The notes beneath the pieces were generated by a model. It worked only from the letters and a program-made list of their open reading frames with translations. It was not told the DNA's origin and did no database searches. The translations under genes and the position numbers were made by a program. A stretch of 64,000 nucleotides of DNA from a virus: IMG/VR virus record IMGVR_UViG_3300042337_000070, positions 1-64,000 of that record, one strand, 5' to 3'. This document shows, in pieces, positions 1 through 8,367 of the stretch. Every line of letters begins with the position of its first letter. The first letter of the stretch is position 1.

Positions 1-679
1 CATAGAATTTGGTTCTGAAACCAATTCTCATTCTAAACATACCTTTTCCTTTAACAAAAGGTATGTCGTGGTGTTTGTTTTTTATGCCTAATGTATCTAG
101 GCTGCCGATCATAAAGAAGTCATTACCAGCTTGCATGTATGCAACTGGTTCGGCTTTACCTTCATTATAATGTTTCGTGACAAGCTTACCCAAGTCAACA
201 TTATCAACATCGATAAAGTATTGGGAATTGCGAGTCTTAAGAAACTCTTGCATTTGTTTGGGGGAAACTGCGGCAGGGTCTTTTAGGCCACCCTCTGTTG
301 ATGGCACTTTTATCTTATTTTTACTTTTTGCTCCGACAAACTTAGCGAGATCGTTTAGAAATTTGTCGGCTTGTGACTTGCCTCTACCGCTGTTTAGTAG
401 ATTTGACATGAAGGCTTTGAGAGGTGTTACACCGCCCTTTTCGGATGCAGCCCATTTTGTTCCATCCCAAGATACTCTAATATTACCTAGATTATCCGTA
501 TGGTTCATCTTCACTTCAACCCAAGCAGTCTTAGATGTATTTTTACCTTTTTTATATGTTAGTTTGATATCAGAATATTTAACATCACCAGGAGGTCTTT
601 CTGCTTTGAGACCACTAATATTCATTTTGTTTATGCTATCTTTGACCGATAATTCGTGGGCATCCGATGCTTTAGACAA
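1..679 (-). CDS. Partial CDS (runs off window), possible PD-(D/E)xK nuclease-like protein
   Basis: TTG start at 679 after AGGAG; reads MSKASDAHEL...YSDIKL...WVEVKM (D..ExK-like); missed by the ORF track because it is truncated. Confidence 0.55.
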   Translation of the reverse strand, partial: MSKASDAHELSVKDSINKMNISGLKAERPPGDVKYSDIKLTYKKGKNTSKTAWVEVKMNHTDNLGNIRVSWDGTKWAASEKGGVTPLKAFMSNLLNSGRGKSQADKFLNDLAKFVGAKSKNKIKVPSTEGGLKDPAAVSPKQMQEFLKTRNSQYFIDVDNVDLGKLVTKHYNEGKAEPVAYMQAGNDFFMIGSLDTLGIKNKHHDIPFVKGKGMFRMRIGFRTKFY

Positions 680-685
680 TTCATT

Positions 686-715
686 CTCCTAAAGTTACCT
701 CTTAGGAGTATTTAG
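686..715 (-). promoter_or_regulatory. Late-type promoter (CTAAATA) plus RBS-sequestering hairpin
   Basis: CTAAATA at 715-709 followed by CTCCTAA...TTAGGAG inverted repeat covering the SD. Confidence 0.55.
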
Positions 716-789
716 CCTTTTCTTGAAAAGATAAATCCACAATCTGTCAACTCATTCATCTAACCAAATCAGTTCTTTGTATTGTTCTC

Positions 790-1302
790 TCATGATTCAT
801 CCTTGATGAGATTGATCAAATCATCAGGCTTGATCATAATGAACTTTTCATTACCATACTTTTCTTGAATCTTCTCTGCAATCTTCCTAGAAACAGTTCT
901 ATGTGCATCCTTTACCTGAACTCTTAGTAACTGAGTTTCTTGTTTAGCCAATGCGATTTCGCTATGATTCGGTCTATAGATTTGAGCAAATCCTTGCCAA
1001 AACTCATACAATGCTGCTGGTCGATTCATACCAGGAGGAAACTCGACTATACCTGTATTCATATCTGCTTTGATTGTTCCTGATGATGTCCTAACTTCAA
1101 AGATGTTTGTTGGATTAGGATTACCAACACTAAGTCCACTAGTATTGTCAGAATAATTAAGTCCACTAGTATTGTCAGAATAATAAAGTGTGCCAGCCTG
1201 AACAGCATTTTTTCTATCAGTGGTAATCCATTCGTATCCATTCCAAACTTGATATGAATTTACCAGAGAATCAAAACGAAAATCACCTACATTCGGTCCC
1301 AT
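790..1302 (-). CDS. Hypothetical protein with internal 9-aa duplication
   Basis: 170-aa ORF in minus-strand gene run. Confidence 0.7.
   Translation of the reverse strand: MGPNVGDFRFDSLVNSYQVWNGYEWITTDRKNAVQAGTLYYSDNTSGLNYSDNTSGLSVGNPNPTNIFEVRTSSGTIKADMNTGIVEFPPGMNRPAALYEFWQGFAQIYRPNHSEIALAKQETQLLRVQVKDAHRTVSRKIAEKIQEKYGNEKFIMIKPDDLINLIKDES
1131..1184. repeat. 27-bp tandem duplication (2 copies)
   Basis: taagtccactagtattgtcagaataat x2; encodes YSDNTSGL twice. Confidence 0.9.
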
Positions 1303-1303
1303 G

Positions 1304-1543
1304 TTAATCTTCCTTTGCGTCTTTCGTCAAATCAAACTCATTGGTGATAGTCATACCACCAGCAAGATAAAGAGGCGCATAAGCATCTGGTCCAAATCCC
1401 ATACGGTCATAGATTAGATAGCGAAAGGAACCAGGATCATCACCATGCTCTACAATCTTAGAGAATACCCATGCTGTAACAGCCAGTTTTGTTTCATAAG
1501 GACATTCTTCCACAAGTTTATCTAGGTCAGGAAAATCACTCAT
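1304..1543 (-). CDS. Hypothetical phage protein
   Basis: 79-aa ORF, tightly packed. Confidence 0.7.
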   Translation of the reverse strand: MSDFPDLDKLVEECPYETKLAVTAWVFSKIVEHGDDPGSFRYLIYDRMGFGPDAYAPLYLAGGMTITNEFDLTKDAKED

Positions 1544-1631
1544 CCCCGTCTCCTTTCAGCGCAGCGTCGATGTTGGCAATGTCTTCTGGCATCAGCGCCA
1601 TCGGCACCAACTCAAACCCATTCGAGCGGAG

Positions 1632-1994
1632 TCAATCGAGAAAGGCGTCGATGCGAGCCTTGGCGGCGGACTCCTCCCAAGCGTCAATCATGTCGTCTTC
1701 GCCTACGTAGCTCAATGAGGAGTTCCATCCTTCCTGATATGCACGAAACATCATATCTCTTAGATTTTCGTTTTTGGCAGCGAGGTTGGTGCGATGTATT
1801 TCCGCTATCTTTCGGGCCACATCGTCCTTGGCAGAGCACGACCAGCGCAAACGCTCACTTTCCTCACGGGCGTCAGCAAGTTCATTACGAAGCCTCTTGA
1901 TTTCAGCAACAACATCACCAATCAAACGGCGAGACATTACAACCGTAGGATCGTCAGGATAACCTTCAAGGTCTTTTAGAATATCACTCATCAC
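1632..1994 (-). CDS. Hypothetical coiled-coil protein
   Basis: 120-aa ORF overlapping the stop of the upstream gene. Confidence 0.6.
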   Translation of the reverse strand: MMSDILKDLEGYPDDPTVVMSRRLIGDVVAEIKRLRNELADAREESERLRWSCSAKDDVARKIAEIHRTNLAAKNENLRDMMFRAYQEGWNSSLSYVGEDDMIDAWEESAAKARIDAFLD

Positions 1995-2401
1995 ATCACC
2001 TCATGTTTTCCATCGTCACAGGTATAGACGACTCTTTTTAAACCAAACTCTGCGATTGCTCTTTCACAACCAGGACACGGCTTAGCCAAACCCAAAACAT
2101 ACTTTTTGGTAAAGGGCTTTTCTTTCTTGACTCTCGCCACATAGATTTCGCATTTAGACAAGTCGTCAACATCCATCTCTCTTAGAGCATTCTTGATTGC
2201 GGCAATCTCGGAATGCAAAAAGATAGCATGTTCGTTTTTAGCATACTTGGCTTGGAGGGGATGGGACTTCATGCTATTCATTCCTATCGAAATGATTCTA
2301 TTCCGATAGACAATAGCAGAGGCCATCTTTTCCGCATTATGCGGGTTGGCCTCTGCTACCTTAGCGAGAGTATCAATTATTCCTTGATTGACTTTTTGCA
2401 T
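1991..2401 (-). CDS. Cytidine/dCMP deaminase-like zinc-binding protein
   Basis: HSE...PCPGC motif (HxE/PCxxC). Confidence 0.8.
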   Translation of the reverse strand: MQKVNQGIIDTLAKVAEANPHNAEKMASAIVYRNRIISIGMNSMKSHPLQAKYAKNEHAIFLHSEIAAIKNALREMDVDDLSKCEIYVARVKKEKPFTKKYVLGLAKPCPGCERAIAEFGLKRVVYTCDDGKHEVM

Positions 2402-2406
2402 GATAC

Positions 2407-2435
2407 ATTATATAACAGACAATCACGGAATGCAA
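2407..2435 (-). promoter_or_regulatory. Sigma70-type early promoter
   Basis: TTGCAT-N17-TATAAT. Confidence 0.7.
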
Positions 2436-2438
2436 GGG

Positions 2439-2879
2439 TTATTTCTGACCCATTGTTGCCTTAAGCATCCAACGGTGTTTGGTGTGAGAGGTAATCAAAT
2501 CCTGGACATAGTTCTGCCAACCCCATGCCTTTTCTTTTCCCGCAAGGTCAAAGCATTCATATAGGCACTTTAAGACCTGTTCGTTGGCATCATAAAGATT
2601 GCGAACCATCTTAGCAGGCTGAGGAACTTGTGTATCTTCTTTGATTTCCGATAGTTCTATCATTCGTGCAAGTGAGGGAGGTGCAAAAGAATCCATCTGT
2701 CTGATATGCTCCGCAACAATATCTATCTCGTCGTGGACACTCTCGTAAAGATTACCGAAGAAAGCATGATACTCGGTAAAGTTTCCGCCGATATAATTCC
2801 AGTGATATGCGTGTGCCTTCATGTAGAAGACAAACATATCACCTAAAAGGACCTTTGCTTTTTCTACTACTTCATCCAT
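2439..2879 (-). CDS. dps: Dps/ferritin-like DNA protection protein
   Basis: KAHAYHWNY, H..F..LYE, D..AEHIR, KHRWML motifs. Confidence 0.9.
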   Translation of the reverse strand: MDEVVEKAKVLLGDMFVFYMKAHAYHWNYIGGNFTEYHAFFGNLYESVHDEIDIVAEHIRQMDSFAPPSLARMIELSEIKEDTQVPQPAKMVRNLYDANEQVLKCLYECFDLAGKEKAWGWQNYVQDLITSHTKHRWMLKATMGQK

Positions 2880-3075
2880 TCTTTTTCTCGTCGTATCTGT
2901 CCCACTTACCTATAGGACATTTGGAGTTAGGGAACATCGTTTTACCTTTGAGAAAGCAACCGCACATCTTACAGACATAATACTGCTTTTCTAGATGTTC
3001 ACATTGAACGCATATGTCTAGGCGTTCTCTGGCTTTCTTAGCTCGCTCTGTGAATATTGTAACAAGTTCTACCAT
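2872..3075 (-). CDS. Small Cys-rich protein
   Basis: CxxC...CxxCGC...CPxxKW. Confidence 0.7.
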   Translation of the reverse strand: MVELVTIFTERAKKARERLDICVQCEHLEKQYYVCKMCGCFLKGKTMFPNSKCPIGKWDRYDEKKNG

Positions 3076-3092
3076 AATCGTATTTAGTCATT

Positions 3093-3120
3093 AAAAAAGG
3101 GCGGGAGTTACCCCGCCCTT
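3093..3120 (-). terminator. Rho-independent terminator
   Basis: AAGGGCGGG/CCCGCCCTT stem followed by T-run. Confidence 0.8.
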
Positions 3121-3124
3121 CCAT

Positions 3125-3652
3125 TTACTTTTGAATATGAATGTGATCAAAATGACCCGCTACTTTCCAAAGCACGGTATATCCTGCTGCTCTGGCCCGA
3201 GCGGCCAATGCATCAAACTTGGAACACATAGATCCGTTCGATGCTTCTTTGTTACCAGTGCCAATGTTAATGTCAATGGCACGGCCAGCGTAATGTGCCC
3301 ATCCATGATGAACATGATGGACCCCTCCGAACGCTGGATGCTCGGATACCCTAAACCCCAAATTTTGTAGCATATGACCGTAAGAAACAATCGAACGGTA
3401 TACACTACCGATAATTTGGGAGGGCATATGTGTAGTGTTATTCACATTATGTGGATCATGAATATGATTCATTTTTCCACCATTACGAAGTCTATAGTGA
3501 ATATTCATTTGTGGCACTGTATGCCATCTTGAATTATTATTACCTAGAATGTGATCAAGAAGACTAGGTTCTTCTCCTGAATAGCGATTTTGCGCCTGTG
3601 CTACCGACACTGTTGCCAGCATGATTGCAACGGCTAGAAAAATCTTCTTCAT
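3125..3652 (-). CDS. Secreted peptidase M15-like (Hedgehog/DD-peptidase) peptidoglycan hydrolase
   Basis: Signal peptide MKKIFLAVAIMLATVSVAQA; HYAGRAIDI and HFDHIHI zinc motifs; start moved to ATG 3652 after GAAAGG. Confidence 0.7.
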   Translation of the reverse strand: MKKIFLAVAIMLATVSVAQAQNRYSGEEPSLLDHILGNNNSRWHTVPQMNIHYRLRNGGKMNHIHDPHNVNNTTHMPSQIIGSVYRSIVSYGHMLQNLGFRVSEHPAFGGVHHVHHGWAHYAGRAIDINIGTGNKEASNGSMCSKFDALAARARAAGYTVLWKVAGHFDHIHIQK

Positions 3653-3846
3653 AATTTTACCTTTCTGTTTATTACAACTCCACGCACAATACCCCACGGT
3701 AACGAAAGATGAATGAAAGTGAGGATTGTTTTAGGCGTCTTGCCTGACGAGGAGAGGGGTTGATCGTCGGTGCCAGTTCATCCGTGGTCACCGACTTGTT
3801 CTAAGAGACAATATGACCATCTCTTAGAAATAGTATTTAGCAGAAA

Positions 3847-4326
3847 CTATAAGCTAGGAAATTTATCTGCTGCAATAGAAGCTGCCCATGCTTCTGGCTT
3901 GACTCTTGGAGTTACACCAGTCATACCACGAATATAACCAACAGCCTCCTGAATAACACAGGATGATCCGTGCTTTTCATTTGGATTGATATCGATATGA
4001 ACCTCACATTCACGATCACCAATTGCTTCGGATAGAGCAAGATACATATCGGCAGCCTTATATACTTCTTGCATCAAACGCATACGAGGACGAGCCTTGT
4101 TCTGATCCCAGTCACGCTCTGTTGTGACTTCACCAAACACCTTAGCACCATGCTTACCATCATAGTGAATAACGACAACAACCGCAGTGTCAGAAAACCA
4201 GACCCCACCACGTCTATGACGTTCCGAATCTGCTCCAATGTAAATCTTGGTTGCTTCGCTGGTGTTAGAGATGAAATCTTTTACTTCCTCTAGGTCTAGT
4301 TTCTTAGACATGTTATCCTCTTTCAA
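3847..4326 (-). CDS. RNase H-like YkuK (DUF458) family protein
   Basis: IYIGADSE, RLMQEV, EVHIDIN, KPEAWAAS..ADK; TAG stop. Confidence 0.8.
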   Translation of the reverse strand: MKEDNMSKKLDLEEVKDFISNTSEATKIYIGADSERHRRGGVWFSDTAVVVVIHYDGKHGAKVFGEVTTERDWDQNKARPRMRLMQEVYKAADMYLALSEAIGDRECEVHIDINPNEKHGSSCVIQEAVGYIRGMTGVTPRVKPEAWAASIAADKFPSL

Positions 4327-4660
4327 TAAATTTAGTCGTCATTCGCTCTGGTTTGAAAAACTGATTGACACACTTGATCACTTCATCCTGGTCATAAGGT
4401 TTACAAGAGAACACATCAAGATAAAAGTTGCCAGTCTCTTCGGAGAAGTGAGCAACAATGTTTGATGTTTCGATCAACTGAACAAGTGTGTAACCTAACT
4501 TGTCGTCTTCACCAAAATGAATAACCTGGGGATCACCGTAAGCCTTCATATCAATACGCTTTACAAGCGTTTTGGCAAACTGTTCAATATTAGGAGCACT
4601 CGAAATAAGTTCGATTGGTGCTTCAAAAGCGTCAACGATTAGGTGATAACCCCAAGCCAT
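4313..4660 (-). CDS. speD: S-adenosylmethionine decarboxylase proenzyme (pyruvoyl)
   Basis: WGYHLIVD, LIETSNIVAH, DVFSCK motifs. Confidence 0.8.
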   Translation of the reverse strand: MAWGYHLIVDAFEAPIELISSAPNIEQFAKTLVKRIDMKAYGDPQVIHFGEDDKLGYTLVQLIETSNIVAHFSEETGNFYLDVFSCKPYDQDEVIKCVNQFFKPERMTTKFIERG

Positions 4661-4661
4661 T

Positions 4662-4994
4662 TTATAGATCCTTCTGTGACTTCTTATAAACTTCGATAAT
4701 CTTTTCCAAAGTGTAAGGATTATATCTTACATCACTAGCCTGCGATACAAGGCAAATCTGCTTATCTTTGGATGCAGTGATAACCATAGACTGACCACCA
4801 GTCCATAGCTGCTGCGTCACACCATTTTCATTCTTCATATCTAGTAAGTGGAAATAACCCTTCTCAGATAAAATCTCTTCCATCTTAGAAGGTTCACCAC
4901 AAACAGTCTTAGTCTCTTCTGCTTCCAGTCTTCGCACATGAGAAACAAAGAAACTTAGAGTGAACAGAGACCCATATAGCAAAATCTTTTTCAT
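4662..4994 (-). CDS. Hypothetical secreted protein
   Basis: N-terminal hydrophobic signal; 110 aa. Confidence 0.65.
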   Translation of the reverse strand: MKKILLYGSLFTLSFFVSHVRRLEAEETKTVCGEPSKMEEILSEKGYFHLLDMKNENGVTQQLWTGGQSMVITASKDKQICLVSQASDVRYNPYTLEKIIEVYKKSQKDL

Positions 4995-5003
4995 AATGTA
5001 ACC

Positions 5004-5291
5004 TTACGCATGATTGAGACGAATCATATTCTGATACGATACGAGAGGAGCGTCGCCTTTTCCACTCTTGGCTTTGAGTATATACTTTCTTGAATGTTCT
5101 GTCAAGAGCCTATCGAAACCCTGAGGAATATGAATTCCCTCAGAGGCATTTACATTTACAATATACTTAGAACCGAATGAATCAACGAATCTAGATTTTG
5201 CCATGTCTTCGTCTTTTTCATCGATTATCATGATTGCACGGACATGTCCGTCAGTGTCATTATGGTCGAGAGTTAGAGTGTAGTAGCACAT
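5004..5291 (-). CDS. Hypothetical protein
   Basis: 95-aa ORF in gene run. Confidence 0.6.
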   Translation of the reverse strand: MCYYTLTLDHNDTDGHVRAIMIIDEKDEDMAKSRFVDSFGSKYIVNVNASEGIHIPQGFDRLLTEHSRKYILKAKSGKGDAPLVSYQNMIRLNHA

Positions 5292-5301
5292 TATCTAATC
5301 C

Positions 5302-5589
5302 TCACCATCCGTAAGGATAGTATCCTGGGTTGTAGTATTGTGGTGCGTAGTATCCGTATCCATATGCTGGATAACCATATCCATAATAAGGACGAGAACC
5401 GGCGACAATAGCGCCGCCAATAATAGCACCAGCAATCCCAGCACCGATAGCAGCACCAGGGCCCCAACCACCACGATAATATCCACCATAATATCCACCA
5501 CGATACCAAGCATTAGCAGGAGCGATAGTAGCGAGAGAAATGCCGATAACGGCGAGAAGTGTGATAATCTTTTTCATGAGAGACTCCAT
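5302..5589 (-). CDS. Gly/Tyr-rich secreted or membrane protein (rhizobial BA14K-like architecture)
   Basis: Signal peptide, GWGPGAAIGAGIAGAIIGGAI glycine zipper, YGY-rich tail. Confidence 0.7.
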   Translation of the reverse strand: MESLMKKIITLLAVIGISLATIAPANAWYRGGYYGGYYRGGWGPGAAIGAGIAGAIIGGAIVAGSRPYYGYGYPAYGYGYYAPQYYNPGYYPYGW

Positions 5590-5629
5590 GTTGGAGACCC
5601 AATAAAGGGTCTCCTTGTGAGGTTATTTA

Positions 5630-5818
5630 TCACTTTTTGTTTGTGACTTCCTGAACCTTCTGTGCTACCTTCTGAAAATCGGTCTTGCCGAAGTTAGTAG
5701 GACGCTTTGGAGGTAGTGGGACATCAACATACTTTGAGATTGGCGGAGCGATAACATCGCCTGCCATTGCGCTGCCACCCATAAGCATGACAGCAAGAGC
5801 AATTGTAAAATACTTCAT
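5630..5818 (-). CDS. Small secreted protein
   Basis: Signal peptide plus VPLPPKRP motif; strong RBS. Confidence 0.7.
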   Translation of the reverse strand: MKYFTIALAVMLMGGSAMAGDVIAPPISKYVDVPLPPKRPTNFGKTDFQKVAQKVQEVTNKK

Positions 5819-5902
5819 TTGTTTTCCTTCCTAAAGTTAGCGAAGTAGGTGTATGTTGCAATGCAACATACACAAGTATATAGCGTTTTGATGGAATGTC
5901 AA
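5816..5902 (-). promoter_or_regulatory. Promoter plus ROSE-like thermometer leader
   Basis: TTGACA-N16-TATACT; 12-bp hairpin; CTTC-G-CT/AG-GAAG stem over the SD. Confidence 0.6.
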
Positions 5903-6138
5903 GCGATATATTCGTCGATGGTATCTTTGAAAAACTGCTTCATCACCTTTTCGAAGTTCTCATTCTTCATTCCGAACTGATACCAGTTGATAAAGTCGTC
6001 CTTTAAGTCATGTATCTGCTTCTCAAAGGTCTTTATATCGCCTTTTTCATAAACATCATAACCTCTAACATCTAATTCATCGACTAGATCGTCAGTATCC
6101 ATCGAATCCAAATCAATCTCTACGCTAACATAAGGCAT
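5899..6138 (-). CDS. Hypothetical acidic protein
   Basis: 79-aa ORF with AGGAG RBS. Confidence 0.7.
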   Translation of the reverse strand: MPYVSVEIDLDSMDTDDLVDELDVRGYDVYEKGDIKTFEKQIHDLKDDFINWYQFGMKNENFEKVMKQFFKDTIDEYIA

Positions 6139-6148
6139 GACATTTCTC

Positions 6149-6640
6149 CTAGTTTAGTCGCTCTACATGAACAGAAGATGTGCTACCCATTCCAATAGCC
6201 CTAGCAGCGCCGTAAGATAAATCCAAACTACGGCCACGCACAAAAGGGCCTCTATCATTGATCGTAACATTTACGCAACCTCTATGACAAACTCGAAGAA
6301 CGGTTCCGAATGGAAAACTACGATGGGCAGCAGTCATCGCATGTGGATTGAATAATGCACCCGACGCAGTGTGCCTGCTCAGGTGCTCACCGTGACCATA
6401 GAATGAAGCGACCAAAGAATTGCCTCGCCGATCAGACTGCCGATCGCTCCAGCTAGAATACCAATCGCCAGCATTACTATTATGAGTTTGAATGCCTCTG
6501 CGGTGGTCATTTCTTTTCCTTGTCTGTTGTGGAGGTGAGTGACCTCCAAAGATACCATCGAAAAAATCGGTAACGGGGTCGGCTACTGCCGATGTTGTTA
6601 GTGTAACAAAGATTGCGGCAGTTGTCAAGAATTTATTCAT
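6149..6640 (-). CDS. rlpA: RlpA-like (DPBB) lytic transglycosylase with signal peptide
   Basis: ASFYG, TASG, TAAHRSFPFGT, INDRGPF, LDLS..AA..IG; TAG stop. Confidence 0.9.
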   Translation of the reverse strand: MNKFLTTAAIFVTLTTSAVADPVTDFFDGIFGGHSPPQQTRKRNDHRRGIQTHNSNAGDWYSSWSDRQSDRRGNSLVASFYGHGEHLSRHTASGALFNPHAMTAAHRSFPFGTVLRVCHRGCVNVTINDRGPFVRGRSLDLSYGAARAIGMGSTSSVHVERLN

Positions 6641-6657
6641 GATGTAATCCTTTTGAT

Positions 6658-6732
6658 TGGCTCAGGGTCAAAGATTCGAACTTCGAATGCCGGAGTCAGA
6701 ATCCGGAGTTTTACCAGTTAAACTAACCCTGA
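6658..6732 (-). tRNA. tRNA-Gln(CTG)
   Basis: Cloverleaf, CCGGA-TTCTGAC-TCCGG, encoded CCA. Confidence 0.9.
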
Positions 6733-6871
6733 TCAATTCGTCATGTAACTTTGGATTTTGTTTCTTCACGACAGGTGCGAGCAATGGAATCAACTCATCA
6801 ACCCATTTCTGCATAAGTGGATGATTGTCATCTTCCATGATTTCTCTTAGAGAGACTTTCACTTTGTTCAT
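6668..6871 (-). CDS. Hypothetical protein whose 3' end overlaps tRNA-Gln(CTG)
   Basis: GAGGA RBS plus ATG; frame runs into the tRNA. Confidence 0.45.
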   Translation of the reverse strand: MNKVKVSLREIMEDDNHPLMQKWVDELIPLLAPVVKKQNPKLHDELIRVSLTGKTPDSDSGIRSSNL

Positions 6872-6886
6872 AATTTCCTCATGAAT

Positions 6887-6961
6887 TGGATCGGGGACTA
6901 GGACTCGAACCTAGAAAGTCGGAACCAAAATCCGACGTTATGCCAATTTAACTATCCCCGA
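6887..6961 (-). tRNA. tRNA-Gln(TTG)
   Basis: TCGGA-TTTTGGT-TCCGA anticodon arm, GGTTCGAGTCC, CCA. Confidence 0.9.
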
Positions 6962-6966
6962 ATATT

Positions 6967-7419
6967 CTATTCTACGATTGCCTGGACAACATGAATGTCA
7001 TCAAGACTTTCAAAGTAACCCAACCAAGGACGACAGTAAGATATTTCTATACCACTATCGTTCTTGAACTTTACAGTCCAATTTTTGTATTCTTCACCTA
7101 CTGGACTTCCAAGAATACGATAAGCATTCCATGCAAGGTCTTGGTCTTTGAAGATGTAAATAATATCAGTGTAATTACGATCACCACTACCGAAAGAGTT
7201 ACCACCGCTGTATTCAGCCCAAACGACATAAACAATATCGCCCTTAGCAACTTCAAAGTCAGTAGGAACAGACTCAGGATAGTAGAAGCGATCCTTATCT
7301 AAGGAAACACCATCTAAATGATTCTCCCACGTTTCTTCCCAAGAACCCCACTCACGTTCCTCATAAAAGGAGTGAATGCAATTGGAGATTATCTTTACAT
7401 ACAAGTGAGTCATTTTCAC
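6967..7419 (-). CDS. Hypothetical phage protein
   Basis: 150-aa ORF; TAG stop. Confidence 0.7.
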   Translation of the reverse strand: MKMTHLYVKIISNCIHSFYEEREWGSWEETWENHLDGVSLDKDRFYYPESVPTDFEVAKGDIVYVVWAEYSGGNSFGSGDRNYTDIIYIFKDQDLAWNAYRILGSPVGEEYKNWTVKFKNDSGIEISYCRPWLGYFESLDDIHVVQAIVE

Positions 7420-7441
7420 TCCATGATATTAATATCAAAAA

Positions 7442-7505
7442 TGGTGGAGTTTACGAGTTACTCCCTTACCAAACAAGTTCTTCTCGTCAAAACTTGTGAC
7501 CATTT
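7442..7505 (-). ncRNA. Putative small CCA-ended two-hairpin RNA
   Basis: ACAAGTT/AACTTGT hairpin, then GGAGT/ACTCC-ACCA minihelix; loops ACGAG and CTCGT are complementary. Confidence 0.35.
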
Positions 7506-7510
7506 CTAAC

Positions 7511-7594
7511 TGGTGCCGAGAGTAGGGTTCGAACCTACCGTGCTATAAGCGTCCGATTTACAGTCGGGTGCCCGTCCACTCAGGCGGTCTCGGC
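7511..7594 (-). tRNA. tRNA-Tyr(GTA)
   Basis: CT-GTA-AA loop, long variable arm, CCA. Confidence 0.9.
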
Positions 7595-7597
7595 AAT

Positions 7598-7671
7598 TGG
7601 TTGTTCCGACTGGTAACGATCCAGTGTCTATGTGTTATCAGCACATTGCTCTACCTTTGAGCTACGGAACA
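7598..7671 (-). tRNA. tRNA-Ile(GAT)
   Basis: ATGTG-CTGATAA-CACAT; T-loop ATCGTTA. Confidence 0.9.
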
Positions 7672-7677
7672 GTAAAC

Positions 7678-8154
7678 TCAATACTCTAGACGCTCCTGAT
7701 TGCACTCGAAAGTATACCAACCTTCAGCACGAAAAGCATCGATGATACGGTGACGATCATCAAAGATGGCACCGACTTTGTATCCAGGATTAGCAGCAAG
7801 CCAGTCCTTAATGATACGAACCTTCAACTTATCATCATCTTCACGATTCTTCGAAGGACGCATATGCAAGTCTTCGTCTAGAAACTCAAAATCAATATGA
7901 CGACGAAGCCACTCTAGCGATACTTCACGAAAACGCTCGTCACGACCAGTTACAACAATGATCTTATCACCGAGCATCTTACCACGGTCATATGCAAGAG
8001 CATGAAGAACGTCTAGCACTGCCTGATAAGGCTCGTCCTTATCCTGTCCTGCAAAGAACTCATCCCAGTTCTTCTTACCGTTCCGCAAATGATGCCACCG
8101 ATGATGCACATTAGCAAGAGTGTTATCAATGTCGAATACCCAAAGTTTCTTCAA
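7678..8154 (-). CDS. HAD-family polynucleotide 3'-phosphatase (PseT/PNKP phosphatase domain)
   Basis: FDIDNTLA, VTGR, LHMRP..NREDD..LK, IFDDR. Confidence 0.85.
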   Translation of the reverse strand: MKKLWVFDIDNTLANVHHRWHHLRNGKKNWDEFFAGQDKDEPYQAVLDVLHALAYDRGKMLGDKIIVVTGRDERFREVSLEWLRRHIDFEFLDEDLHMRPSKNREDDDKLKVRIIKDWLAANPGYKVGAIFDDRHRIIDAFRAEGWYTFECNQERLEY

Positions 8155-8181
8155 TTCCGTTTCCTTTCTCGATTATGTCTC

Positions 8182-8210
8182 ATTATAGCAAATAGAAAAC
8201 GGAATGTCAA
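8182..8210 (-). promoter_or_regulatory. Consensus sigma70 promoter
   Basis: TTGACA-N17-TATAAT. Confidence 0.85.
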
Positions 8211-8215
8211 GTCCG

Positions 8216-8289
8216 TGGTGCTTCTGCCCGGTAACGATCCGAGGTCTGAGTCTTACCAAGACCCTGTTCTACCTTTGAACTACAGAAGC
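8216..8289 (-). tRNA. tRNA-Thr(GGT)
   Basis: TT-GGT-AA loop, CCA. Confidence 0.9.
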
Positions 8290-8293
8290 GAAA

Positions 8294-8367
8294 TGGCACT
8301 GATGCCAGGTATCGATCCTAGTCTAACTGCTCCACAAACAGTTGTGCTACCTTTACACTACATCAGC
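8294..8367 (-). tRNA. tRNA-His(GTG), no encoded G-1
   Basis: ACTGT-TTGTGGA-GCAGT; base -1 is T, discriminator G. Confidence 0.85.

Noticed and set aside
177-692. Plus-strand 171-aa ORF
   Set aside because: Antisense shadow of the minus-strand gene starting at 679, which has the RBS
7442-7464. tmRNA 3' end (CTCCACCA)
   Set aside because: No T-arm, no G3:U70 pair and no tag reading frame found
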